This document shows positions 29,921-43,451 of a stretch of 64,000 bases of DNA, piece by piece (positions within the stretch are counted from its first letter, which is position 1; each line of letters opens with the position of its first letter). Under the pieces are notes generated by a model. It did no database searches, was not told the DNA's origin, and saw nothing but the letters and a program-made list of their open reading frames with translations. The translations under genes were made by a program, and so were the position numbers. Location: NCBI RefSeq assembly GCF_009914755.1, contig NC_060928.1; one strand, 5' to 3'. This DNA comes from the human T2T-CHM13v2.0 reference genome, Homo sapiens.

Positions 29921-30812
29921 TTTTAAAAGTTAAATTTGTTTCCAAAAAACCCATGTAAGCATAATCTTTTGAATTCAGAGTATTCCAGAATGAAACCTGC
30001 AAACGAAATTGATAAATGAGTGATTTCCTGATATAACTGTCCATGAGTCCACAAACGTAATTGAAATTCAATGCTATAGCAACTACACTAAACAGACCAT
30101 GGGATGGAGTGTTGAAAAGTCTTTCATTAAGACAGATGAATCTATACTTATAAAAGTGAACAAAAAAAAGACACACACACATACACGTATTTTCACTATT
30201 TATTTATATATATAAAAATAAATAAATGGTGAAGGTGCAAAACAAAACTAAAACAGCAGCGAAAGAAAAAAAAAATTAGACTGGGCTGCCCTACCCCTAA
30301 CAAGCTATGTTTCCAGAGATACATTACTAACCCCTCTGGACCTCAGTGCTCTGTACTCTAAGATGTAAAGTCTGTACTATATGTTTTATAAGATCTTTAT
30401 TCAAAACAGTTGTTCTGTGTTACCAAGGAGACTCTTTGGATGAATATCTTTTGTGGATAAAATCTTTCTCTATTCTTAGGATACTCAGATGAAGCTGCTC
30501 CTATGAGTTTTGAAAATAGGTGAGAATATTTCTTTAAATAACTGAAATTGTGTCTTAAATATAATAACAAGCTTTGTTTTAAAAAGTTTACAACAAAACT
30601 GATTCATATCATGTACAAACTAACTACTGACTTGTAATAATTCCTGATGTGTTAGTACAAATATTTTCTGTAAGACCTTATATACGTAAATTCATAATCT
30701 ATTGTATTCACTAAGAAGCCAAAACATTCTGGAAGAAAAAGAATATTAAGAAAAGCATTGACAGGTAAATTTTTCCCAGAAATTAAATGATTATGTAATG
30801 TTAAGATGTGAG

Positions 30813-31107
30813 GGCCAGGTGCGGTGGCTCACACCTGTAATCCCAAAACTTCGGGAGGCCGAAGTGAGTGTATTACCTGAGGTCAGGAGCTGAGACCAGC
30901 CTGGCCAACATGGTGAAACCACATCTCTACTAAAAATACAAAACTACCTGGGCGTGGTGGTACACACCTGTAGTCCCAGCTACTCCGGAGGCTGCGGCAG
31001 AAGAATCGTTTAGAACCCAGGAGGCGGAGGTTGCAGTGAGCTGAGATCCCGCCATTGCATTCCAGCCTGGGTGACAGCACAAGACTCTGTCTCAGAAAAA
31101 AAAAAAA
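30813..31107 (+). mobile_element. AluS
   Basis: Full dimer, poly-A tail, TSD AAGATGTG. Confidence 0.95.
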
Positions 31108-32813
31108 AAGATGTGCAATGTGAAGCCATTAGCACTATCAAATCACTACATCCTATGAATGCTAATCTGCCTAATGAAGGCAAGTTTTTAGTTGGGGAAC
31201 ATAAAATTACCCTAATAAGAAGACAGAGAATTTTAAAAAGGAATGCATGGAAAAGGTCTGACTTTTCATTTTAAAAAGTATTATGCTTGAAATGCTGATT
31301 ATTTTAGCTATAAATCATGCAACTAACTCTCTCCTTGAAACCATTAGGGTTTAAAGCTGATTTACTTAGAGTTGCTACTAATTACATGAGTTTTAAATGA
31401 CACATCTGCAGTTGTATTAAGAGGAAACAAAAGCAGAGGCACATACAACTCTGATCAACAAGGAATATTTGCAGTCTACTTAATCCTTTACCTCCTTGCT
31501 TAAATGCTTTTCACCATCTGAAATTTGTCATGAGCTGTACAAAAGGTCATCATTAAAATACGAAAAGTTCCCAGCATGTGAGGAGGAAAGTTACAGAGGA
31601 TACACTGGGAGTTAAGGACTTAATAAAATGTTTTATTTTTATTTCCTTTTCTGGCAAAGATGCTGAATGCATTTATCTGCTTTTTTCTTCTAATTCAACA
31701 GGCCACTGCGACACCCTTAGGAGAGAGGCAAATAAGTCCAGAGTACTAAATGACAGCAAGAAACATGACATAGACTGTTAGTTCCATCCCTGAAAACATG
31801 CCCCATTCGTAAAATAAATAAGACTGTACAACTTACAGAAATATAGTAAACAATACTATGAAGGAATTAATCTACTTTAAGAAATATTTACTGAGAACAT
31901 CCTACAGGCAAGCATGGTGCTATGTCCTCCACAAATTCCAGAGCCTGCCCATTGCACATTTATAATGTTTCAGTGGAGGAAAAGATAACTGTAAAATTTT
32001 ATTCAAAGCCCAATGGAATGAATCCCATAAAAAAAATAATAAGAGGCTTCAGGGAGTCAGAAAAAGATTTACTGTAGCTTGGGAATTAGGAAAACTGCCC
32101 TCATGTGTTTTCCTCTACATTTGCTCATGATCTCCCACCTCCATCCTTGGTCCTATTCCAGTTTACTGATAAAACATAATTGAGTCAAAAAATATATCAT
32201 CAGCTTCAGTCCCGTTGATAAAGATGGTCTTTCTTCTAAATCTAAAATCCACCCAAATCTGGATACAATGCAATAGCTTCTAGGACCATTATGTCTCTGT
32301 TTCTCAAGTTGGTCTATTTAAAAAACAAAGTGTCATTTGGATCCCCATTCCAAGATGCATGAGGTACATAGATGTTTTGACAGAGGCCTTTGCATCCTTC
32401 TGGGCTCTTGCCAAATCCATTCTCAGAAACTGAATCCATCTCCTGTACTTGCAGCCCACTGGGCAGAATTCTACTAGTTATGGAAAGATTAGAAATAATT
32501 GGTGCCCAAGTGTCCAACATAGAATAAACTTGTCACTGCTGTACCCTGTCTCTCCACTGTCTCAACTCCTGGTATCAACAACTGTCAATCACACCAGAGC
32601 TTTAGACTCTATATTGTACATCAACCTGGATGCTCAGGTTAGTTCCTCAGACTAGTTCAAATAGTCTCCTGTCCTGTGTGTATTCAGGCTTCCCAGTGTA
32701 GCTCTCCAGCCCCTTTGCTAGCTCCAAGTGACTTCACAATAAGCCAAATGAAAATAGGAAATCCTTTTCATCATGCAGGCATTTTTTTTTAAAGATTTTT
32801 TTTCAGTGCCTGG

Positions 32814-32823
32814 CAAGATGGCC
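32814..32823 (+). promoter_or_regulatory. YY1 site at the start of the L1 5' UTR internal promoter
   Basis: CAAGATGGCC at the canonical position near the L1 5' end. Confidence 0.75.
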
Positions 32824-34128
32824 AAATAGGAACAGCTCCAGTCTGCAGCTCCCAGCAAGATCAATGCAGAAGGCAGGTGATTTCTGCATTTCCAGCTGAG
32901 GTACCCAGCCCATCTCACTGGGACTGGTTAGGCAAGGGGTCCAGCCCATGGAGGGTGAGCAGAAGCAGGGTGGGGCATCACCTCACCCAGGAAGCGAAAG
33001 GATTTGGGGAACTCCCCTAGCCAAGGGAAGCCATGAGGGACTGTGCTGTGAGGAACAGTGCACTTTGGCCCAGCTACTACACTTTTCTGATGGTCTTAGC
33101 AACCCGCAGACCAGGAGGTTCCTTGGGTGCCTACACCACCAGGGCCCTGGGTTTCAAGCACAAAACTGGGCAGCCATTTGGGCAGACACCAAGCTAGCTG
33201 CAGGAGTTTTTGTCATACCTCAGTGGCGCCTGGAACACCAGCGAGACAGAACCATTCACTCCCCTGGAAAGGGGGCTGAAGCCATGGAGCCAAGTGGTCT
33301 AGCTCAGCGGATCCCACCCCTATGGAGCCCAGCAAGCTAAGATCCACTGGCTTGAAATTCTTGCTGCGAGCACAGCAGCCTGAAGTGACCTGGGACACTC
33401 GAGCTTGGGTCGGGGAAAGGCGTCCACCATTACTGAGGCTTGAGTAGGTGGTTTTCCCTTCACAGTGTAAACAAAGCCACCGGGAAGTTTGGACTGTGTG
33501 GAGCCCACCGCGTCTCGGCAAAACCACTGTAGCCAGACCTCATCTCTAGATTCCTCCTCTCTGGGCAGGTCAAGTCTGAAAGAAGGCAGCAGCCACAGTC
33601 AGGGGCTTATTCCCATCTCCCTGGGACAGAGCGCCTAGGGGAAGGGGCAGCTGTGCATGCAGCTTCAGCAGACTTAAAAGTTCCCGCCTGATGGCTCTGA
33701 AGAGAGGAATAGATCTCCCAGCACAGCGCTCAAGCTCTGCTAAGGGACAGACTGCCTCCTCAAGTGGGTCCCTGACCCCAGTGCCTCCTGACTGGGAGAC
33801 ACCTCCCAGCAGGGGTCAACAGACACCTCATACAGGAGAGCTCCAGCTGGCATCTGACGGTTACCCCTCTGGGACAAAGCTCCCAGAGGAAGAAACAGGC
33901 AGCAATCTTTGCTGTTCTGCAGCCTCTGCTGGTGATACTCAGGTAAACAGGGTCTGGAGTGGACCTTCAGCAAACTCCAGCAGACTTGCAGCAGAGGGAC
34001 CTGACTGTAAGAAGGAAAACTAACAAACAGAAAGGAATAGCATCAACATCAACAAAAAGGACATTCACACAAAAAAACCATCCAAAGGTCACCAACATTA
34101 AAGGCCAAATATAGATAAATCCACAAAG

Positions 34129-35163
34129 ATGAGGAAAAAACAGTGCAAAAAGGCTGAAAATTCCAAAAACCAGAACACCTCTTCTCCTCCGAAGGATCAC
34201 AACTCCTTGCCAACAAGGAAACAAAACTGGACAGAGAATGAGTTTGATGAATTGACAGAAGTAGGCTTCAGAAGGTGGGTAATAACAAACTCCTCCAAGC
34301 TAAAGGAGCATGTTCTAACCCAATGCAAGGAAGCTAAAACCTTGAAAAAAAGTTACAAAAATTGCTGATTAGAATAACCAGTTTAGAGAAGAACATAAAT
34401 GACCTGATGGAGCTGAAAAACACAGCACAAGAACTTTGTGAAGCATTCACAAGTATCAATAGCCAAATCGATCAAGCAGAAGAAAGGATATCAGAGATTG
34501 AAGATCAGCTCAATGAAATAAAGCGTGAAGACAAGATTAGAGAAAAAATAATGAAAACGAACAAACAAAGCCTCCAAGAAATATGGGACTATGTGAAAAA
34601 AACAAACCTATGTTTGATTGGTGTACCTGAAAGTGACGGGGAGAATGGAACCAAGTTGGAAAACACTCTTCAGGATATTATCCAGGAGAACTTCCCCAAC
34701 TTAGCAAGGCAGGCCAACATTCAAATTCAGGAAATACAGAGAACACCACAAAGATATTCCCTGAGAAGAGCAACCCCAAAACACATAATTGTCAGATTCA
34801 CCAAGGTTGAAATGAAGGAAAAAATATTAAGGGCAGCCAGAGAGAAAGGTCAGGTTACCCACAAAGGGAAGCCCATTAGACTAACAGAGGATCTCTCTGC
34901 AAAAACCCTACAAGCCAGAAGAGAGTGGGGGCCAATATTCAACATTCTTAAAGAGAAGAATTTTCAACCCAGAATTTCATATCCAGCCAAACTAAGCTTC
35001 ATAAGCAAAGGAGAAATAAAATCCTTTACAGGCAAGCAAATGCTGAGAGATTTTGTCACCACCAGGCCTGCCTTACAAGAGCTCCTGAAGGAAGCACTAA
35101 ATATGGAAAAAAAAAAACCCAAAAAAACAGTACCAGCCACTGCAAAAACATACCAAATTGTAA
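34129..35163 (+). pseudogene. L1 ORF1p remnant, frameshifted
   Basis: ORFs 34129-34368 and 34362-35219 encode ORF1p coiled coil, RRM and CTD (SLQEIWDYVK, ARREWGPIFNILKEKNFQPRISYPAKLSF); frameshifts near 34345 and in the A-run at ~35107-35128. Confidence 0.95.
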
Positions 35164-35226
35164 AGACCATTGACACCATGAAGAAACTGCATCAACTAAC
35201 GGGCAAAATAACCAACTAGCATCATA

Positions 35227-38200
35227 ATGACAGGATCAAATTCACACATAACAATATTAACCTTAAATATAAATGGGCTAAATGCCCCAGTTAAAAGACA
35301 CAGACTGGAAAATTGTATAAAATGTCAAGACCCATCAGTGTGCTGTATTCAGGAGGCCTATCTCACGTGCAAAGACATACGTAGGCTCAAAATAAAGGGA
35401 TGGAGGAATATTTACCAAGCAAATGGAAAGCAAAAACAAGCAGGGATTGCAATCCTAGCCTCTGATAAAACAGACTTTAAACCAACAAAGATCAAAAGAG
35501 ACAAGGGCATTATATCATTGTAAAGGGATCAATGCAACAAGAAGAGCTAACTATCCTAAATATATATGCACCCAATACAGGAGCACCCAGATTCATAAAG
35601 CAAGTTATTAGAGTGATACAAAGTGACTTAGATTCCCACACAATAATAATGGGAGACTTTTTAACACCCCACTGTCAATATTAGACGTATCAACGAGACA
35701 GAAAATTAACAAGGATATTCAGGACTTGAACGCAGCTCTGGACTAAGCAGATCTAACAGACATCTACAGAACTCTCCACCCCAAATCAACAGAATATACA
35801 TTCTTCTCAGCATCACATCGCACTTATTCTAACATTGACCACATAATTGGAAGTAAAACACTCCTCAGCAAGTACAAAAGAATGGAAATCATAACAATCA
35901 TAACAAACAGTCTCTCAGACCACAGTGCAATCAAATTAGAACTCAGGATTAAGAAACTCACTCAAAACCACACAACCACATGGAAACTGAACAACGTGCT
36001 CCTGAATGACTACTGGGTAAATAACGAAATTAAGGCAGAAATAAAGGTTTTCTTTGAAACCAATGAGAACAAAGACATAACGTACCAGAATCTCTGGGAC
36101 ACATTTAAAGCAGTGTGTAGAAGGAAATTTATAAAACTAAATGCCCACAGGAGAAACCAGGAAAGATCTAAAATTGACATTTCAACATCACAATTAAAAC
36201 TACTAGAGAAACAAGAGCAAACAAATTCAAAACCAAGCAGAAGACAAGAAATAACTAAGATCAGAGCAGAACTGAAACAGATAGAGATATGAAAAACCCT
36301 GCAAAAACTCAGTGAATTCAGGAGCTGGTTTTTTTGAAAAGATCAACAAAATAGATAGACTGCTAGCCAGGCTAATAAAGAAGGTAAGAGAGATGAATCA
36401 AATAGACGCAATAAAAATGATAAAGGGGATATCACCACTGATCCCACAGAAATACAAACTACCATCAGAGAATACTATGAACACCTCTATGCAAATAAAC
36501 TAGAAAATCTAGAGGAATTGGATAAATTCCTGGACACATACACCCTCCCAGGACTAAACCAAGATGAAGCCAAATCCTTGAATAGACAAGTTCTGAAATT
36601 GAGGCAGTAATTAATAGCCTACCAACTAATAAAAGCCCAGGACCAGACAGATTCACAGCTGAATTCTACCAGAGGTACAAAGAGGAGCTGGTGCCATTCC
36701 TTCTGAAACTATTCCAAACAACAGAAAAAGAGGGAATCCTCCCTAACTCATTTTATGAGGCCAGAATCATCCTTATACCAAAACCTAGCAGAGACACAAC
36801 AAAAAAGAAAATTTCAGGCCAATATCCTCGATGAATATCGATGTGAAAATCCTCAATAAAATACTGGCAAACTAAATTCAGCAGCACATCAAAAAGCTTA
36901 TCCACCAGGATTAAGTCGGCTTCATCCCTGGGATGCAAGGCTGGTTCAACATACGGAAATCAATAAATGTAATCCATCACATAAACAGAACCAATGACAA
37001 AAACCACATGATTATCTCAATAGATGCAGAAAAGGCCTTCGATAAAATTCAACACCCCTTCATGCTAAAAACTCTCAATAAACTAACCAGTGTTGGAATG
37101 TATCTCAAAATAATAAGAGCTATTTATGACAAATCCACAGCCAATATCATACTGAACGGGCAAAAGCTGGAAGCATTCCCTTTGAAAACCAGCACAAGAC
37201 AAGGTTGCCCTCTCTCACCACTCCTATTCAACATAGTATTGGATGTTCTGGCCAGGGCAATCAAACAAGAGAAAGAAATAAAGCGTATTCAAATAGGAAG
37301 AGAGGAAGTCAAATTGCCTCTGTATGCAGATGACATGATTGTATATTTAGAAAACCCCATTGTCTCAGCCCAAAATCTTCTTAAGCTGATAAGCAACTTC
37401 AGCAAAGTCTCAGGATACAAAATTAATGTGCAAAAATCACAAGCATTCTATACATCAATGATAGACAAACAGAGAGTCAAATCATGAGTGAACTCCCATT
37501 CACAATTGCTACAAAGAGAATAAAATACCTAGGAATACAACTTACAAGGGATATGAAGGACCTCTTCAGGGAGAACTACAAACCACTGCTCAAGGAAATA
37601 AGAGAGGACTCAAACAAATGGAAAACATTCCATGCTCATGGGTAGGAAGAATCAACGTTGTCAAAATGGCCATACTGCCCAATGTAATTTATAGATTCAG
37701 TGTTATCCCCATCAAGCTACCATTGACTTTCTTCACAGAATTAGGAAAAAAACTACTTTAAATTTCATATGAGACCAAAAAAGAGCCCATGTAGCCAAGA
37801 CAATCTTAAGCAAAAAGAACAAAGCTGGAGGCATCACGCTACCTGACTTCAAACCATACTACAAGTCTATAGTAACAAAAACAGCATGGCACTGGTACCA
37901 AAACAGATATATAGACCAATGGAATGGAACAGATCAGAGGCCTCAGAAATAATGCCACACATCTACAACCATCTGATCTTTGACAAACCTGACAAAAACA
38001 AGCAATGGGTTAAGGATTCCCTATTTTATAAATGATGTTGGGAAAACTGGCTAGACATATGCAGAAGAGTGAAACTGAACCCCTTCTTTGTATCTTATGC
38101 AAAAATTAACTCAAGATGGATTAAAGACTTAAATGTAAGACCTAAAACCATAAAAACCCTTGAAGAAAACCTAGGCAATACCATTTAGGACATAGTCATG

Positions 38201-39054
38201 GGCAAAGACTTCATGACTAAAACACCAAAAGCAATGGCAAAAAAAGCCAAAATTGACAAATGGGACCTAATTAAACTAAAGAGCTTCTGCACAACAAAAG
38301 AAATGATCATCAGAGTGAATAGACAACCTACAGAATGGGAGAAAATTTTTGCAACCTATCCATCTGACAAAGGGCTAATATCCAGAATCTACAAGGAACT
38401 TAAACAAATTTAAAAGAAAAAGACAACCCCATCAAAAAGTGGGCAAAGGATATGAACAGACACTTCTCAAAAGAAGACATTTATGCAGCCAACAAACATA
38501 TGACAAAAAGCTTATCATCACTGGTCATTAGAGACATGCAAATCAAAACCACAGTGAGATACCATCTCATGCCAGTTAGAATGGCAATCATTAAAAAGTC
38601 AAGAAACAACAGATGCTGGAGAGCATGTGGAGAAATAGGAGTGCTTTTACACAGTTGGTAGGAATGTAAATTAGTTCAACTATTGTGGAAGACAGTGTGA
38701 CAATTCCTCAAGGATCTAGAACCAGAAATACCATTTGATCCAGCAATCCCATTACTGGGTATATACCCAAAGGATTATTAATCATTCTACTATAAAGATA
38801 CGTACACGTGTATGTTTATTTCAGCACTATTCACAATAGCAAAAGCTTGGAACCAACCCAAATGCCCATCAATGATAGATTGGATAAAAAAAATGTGGCC
38901 CATATATACCATGGAATACTATGCAGCCATAAAAAATGATGAGTTCATGTCCTTTGGAGGGACATGGTTGAAGCTGGAAACCATCATTCTCAGCAAACTA
39001 ACACAGGAACAGGAACCCAAACACCACATGTTATCACTTATAAATGGGAGTTGA
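35227..39054 (+). pseudogene. L1 ORF2p remnant (APE endonuclease, reverse transcriptase, C-domain) with multiple stops and frameshifts
   Basis: MTGSNSHITILTLNINGLN start, SDH endonuclease motif, [14 protein letters not shown] and YADD RT motifs, CWRAC..H C-terminal domain; split over many short ORFs. Confidence 0.96.
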
Positions 39055-39688
39055 ACAATGAGAACACATGGACACAGGGAGGGAAAGATCACACACTGGG
39101 ACCTGTTGGGGGGTGGGGCTAGGGGAGGGATAGCATTAGTAGAAAAACCTAATGTAGGTGACGGGTTGATGAGTGCAGCGAACCACCATGGCATGTGTGT
39201 ACCTATGTAACAAACCTGCATGTTCTTCACATGTATCCCAGAACTTAAAGTATAAGAAATAAAAGATTTTTTTTCTCATAAGGGAAGATAAATTTTATAG
39301 CTAAAATAAAATGCAAAATGTGCAGCTCAGGCAGGTGAAATGTCTGGTTGGACCACAGAACTTACTAATTACTCTTATCTTTTAGGCATCTGAGTTTTCT
39401 ACTGCTTCTTGTTGTAGACACTGCTCCTCTCACCACTTTTATTGCAGGGGAACAGTGTTTCACTCTGGCCCAAAAAAGGATAAATATCCCTTCCTTTGAT
39501 TCTTTTTGCATGACTAAGAGGAGCTAGAATTTTCCTATTGCTTTACTAAATTGTAAAAGAGAATAAATGAATACTACATAAAGTATATTCAGTTGAATGT
39601 TTTTGCTTATAAGGTCAGAGTTACTACTTAGCTTACTTTTGGGCACTCTTGGGCACTATTCAAAGATCAAAGAGTGGAACTATAGATC

Positions 39689-40220
39689 TGTGATGGTTAA
39701 TTTTGTATTTCAACTTCACTGGGCTATGGGATGCCCAGATAGCCAGTAAAACATTATTTATCAATGTGTCTGTGAAGGTGTTTTTGGAAGAGATCAGCAT
39801 TTGAATTGGAGAACTGAGTAAAGCAGATGACCCTGCCCAATGTGACTGGGCAGCATCCAATATGTTAAGGGACTAAATAGAAAAAAAAGGCAGAGGAAGG
39901 GTGAATTTGCTCTCTCTCCTTGACCTGAGACATCCATCTTCTCTTGTGTTTGGATATTGGTGCTCCTGGTTCTAATGCTTTCAGGCTCAGAGGAGGACTT
40001 ACACCATCAGCACCTCACCCTCATTTTCAGGCCTTCAGACTCAACCTAAATTACACCACTAGTTTTCATAATACTCCAGCTTGCAGACAGCAGATATTGG
40101 GACTTTTTGGCCTCCATATCCATGTGAGCTAATTCCCTGTTATCTATATCTATACCTATATATCCATCTCTTTATTCTGTTCTGCTGGTTTTGTTTCTGT
40201 AGGTAATCCTGACTAATAGA
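39689..40220 (+). mobile_element. MLT2 (ERVL) solo LTR
   Basis: TGTGATGGTTAATTTTGTATTTCAACTT start; GAAGAGATCAGCATTTGAATT; ends CCTGACTAATA. Confidence 0.9.
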
Positions 40221-41404
40221 AGCACCAAAAGACTAGTATTATTTACAGCTGCCTTGTGTGGGTCTTAAGATATAAAAAGTGTGCTTACCTATAGAGACAG
40301 GATGTTATGCATGAGGCCTGGCCCAGGTAGCTAAGTAAAACAAAATCAAAAATAGATAGCTTCTTCTCTGATGTGTTTTCCAATCTTAGGAATCTTAGTG
40401 ATCCGCTAACCTACAGTGTCACTTTCAGTAAACTTTTCGCTCCTTAGGGAGTGTGCCTGCCAAATGATTTTATCTATACAGCTCCATCAGTATAACTGCT
40501 TATTTAAAACAACATAATATTTAATATGCCATGCAATCCCTGGATTGCAAGTTTCAAGAGTACTGGATTATATATTTTTCACTAATATATTACTAAAGCT
40601 TTGCACAATACATGGAAAACAGATGTGTCAAGAAATATGTGTTGCCCAATTGAATAAATTGGAATTGCATCTATAAGATGAAGGGAAGAGGAGAAGGAAA
40701 AGTTGCATACTTCCTTTCAGCCTTAGACAGCAGGTAGGATTTCAGAAGACAGAAATTTAGGGTGAGGATACTCCAAACAAGCACCTTAAACAAGACAATC
40801 CAGAAAAGTGTGAGGACCATAATGAAATGTGTTGTAAAGAGTGAGTAATTCTGTCTGTGTCATATCCACAAAATACAAGGACTGCCTAAACACACCAATT
40901 TTGTTACAGTTCCTTTTTAGATCATTATAAGATATCTAAAACCTGATTTGGTTACCATCAGTTTATTTTCCTCATGGTTTGCTTTGTAACTTGTATGCAG
41001 GAAGATAAATAATGAGAGCTGTTTCAAAAAACACAAGAGCTTAGAAGGATTGTAACTGCAGTTATTGATTGAAGTGGAAAAATAAATATAAAATATATCA
41101 TCTTGCTATTTCTAGAGCAGGAAGGAAAAAAATAATATCAAATGAGGGAGAAAGCAAACCTCTTTCTCCCTCATAGGGAGCATAGGATGACACTAAAAAA
41201 ATCAACATTCTCAGAAAATGAGAGACAGAAAAAAAAAAAAAGAACACTTAAGTAAAACCTGAAGGAAGACTAGTAGTCAGACTTTTGGATGTGTCAGGAT
41301 TACTCATAATTATAATGCCTATATCGGTATGTAGCCAGAAAAAGTGAAATACGCTTAGAATACAAGCAAGAAATTGACCGTGCTTTGTAAATGCGTGTTT
41401 CTAT

Positions 41405-41680
41405 TTCATTCATCTCTTCATGTATTCACCTGCTCTATGCCATGCACTGTACTAGATTACAGGGATGCGACAGAAAGATGCAGTAACTAGGCTCCTGGAG
41501 TCCTTCACCGAATTAGAGAGATACATACAAAATAAATAATTGTATCATTAACTAATTAATAACAATGTGATGAGGGATATGAAGGAGAATTCCAGGGGAC
41601 TAAGGGAATATTTAACTGGAAGACCCTAATTTAGTCAATGAAATTAGAAAAGGCTTTTCTGAAAAAGTACCCTTTTAATA
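41405..41680 (-). mobile_element. L2 3' fragment
   Basis: TTCATTCAT...CACCTGCTCTATGCCATGCACTGTACTAG antisense L2 terminus. Confidence 0.6.
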
Positions 41681-41967
41681 TGCAAGCAATCTGTGGATGA
41701 TTATTTCATACTTGCATGATTTTCTATTGATAAATGCCCCCACAATATTTTGTTTTACCTTTAAATAGTATATATTATTAGTTTTCAACCATTGTCTGTT
41801 TGCCCGTATAGCTAACACTTATGAATAATAGTTACTTTCTACGGATAAGGAACCTGGATAAGGATATGGACAAGGAATTCTGGATCTTATTTCATCTTAT
41901 TCTTTTCTGTCTAGGTTGAGTGATGCTCTTTGTTTGTCTTTTTCTTTTCTTTTTCCTTTTATGGCAT

Positions 41968-42092
41968 TTTTTATATGAGACAGGGTCTTGCTACATTGGC
42001 TGGGTTGGTCTTGAATTCCTGGCCTCAAGCAATCCTCCCACCTTGGTCTCCCAAAGCGTTAGGATTACAGGTGCAAGCCACTGCACCTGGCC
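41968..42092 (-). mobile_element. FLAM / Alu left monomer
   Basis: GAGACAGGGTCTTGCT...GAATTCCTGGCCTCAAGCAATCCTCCCACC...GCCACTGCACCTGGCC, single monomer. Confidence 0.88.
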
Positions 42093-42257
42093 CTTTGTTT
42101 TTCTTTGTCTTGCCAGGTTTAGACAATACAATAAATAGTAGAAAAATTATGACTTGCAGAACAGGGGTAATAATAATAGTAATAATAATGATGATGATGA
42201 CTAATATTGAGAATTTATTATGCACCAGGCACTGTTCTAAATATTTTGTGAACATTA

Positions 42258-42627
<370 letters not shown>

Positions 42628-43087
42628 TTCAAGCTGAATGAAATTTCTTTAAGTTATATTAAAGCAAATCAAAGCACAATTCTATGTACACTTTAAGCTG
42701 GAGAAATTAATTCCAACTATCTTTTATATACAAAAAATCTCTGATATATAGGTTTTAATATAATAATTTCAGATTATTTTTCTGAATCCTGTCATAAAAT
42801 TTTACATTTATAAAACTCAATGTGTGTTCTTCAACACTTAGCACAGCAATGAACCCAAGGAGGCATAGACTTGGAATAAATATTTTTAAGTGAAACATCG
42901 TAATGAAAAAAACAATACTGATTTTTATTTCCTCGGCTGAGGTTCTTTGGCTTGAACATGATTAATGCAATCTTTGACATCTTTTACTTTGTTATCTAGG
43001 GTTCAGCATGCTGACAATATTTCCAGTGGTGCATGGGTCTTTCAATATCTCCATTTGATGGTCTGCTATATTTAAGAAACTAGTACT

Positions 43088-43451
<364 letters not shown>

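Larger units (their letters stand above)
32805..39261 (+). mobile_element. Full-length L1PA (L1PA7-like) LINE-1, inactive
   Basis: 5' UTR CAAGATGGCCAAATAGGAACAGCTCC, ORF1 and ORF2 remnants, 3' end CATGTATCCCAGAACTTAAAGTATAA; perfect 14-bp TSD AAAGATTTTTTTTC (32791-32804, 39262-39275) at a TT/AAAG site. Confidence 0.97.

Noticed and set aside
34129-39054. Active retrotransposon or novel reverse transcriptase system
   Set aside because: Standard L1 ORF1/ORF2 with many frameshifts and stops.
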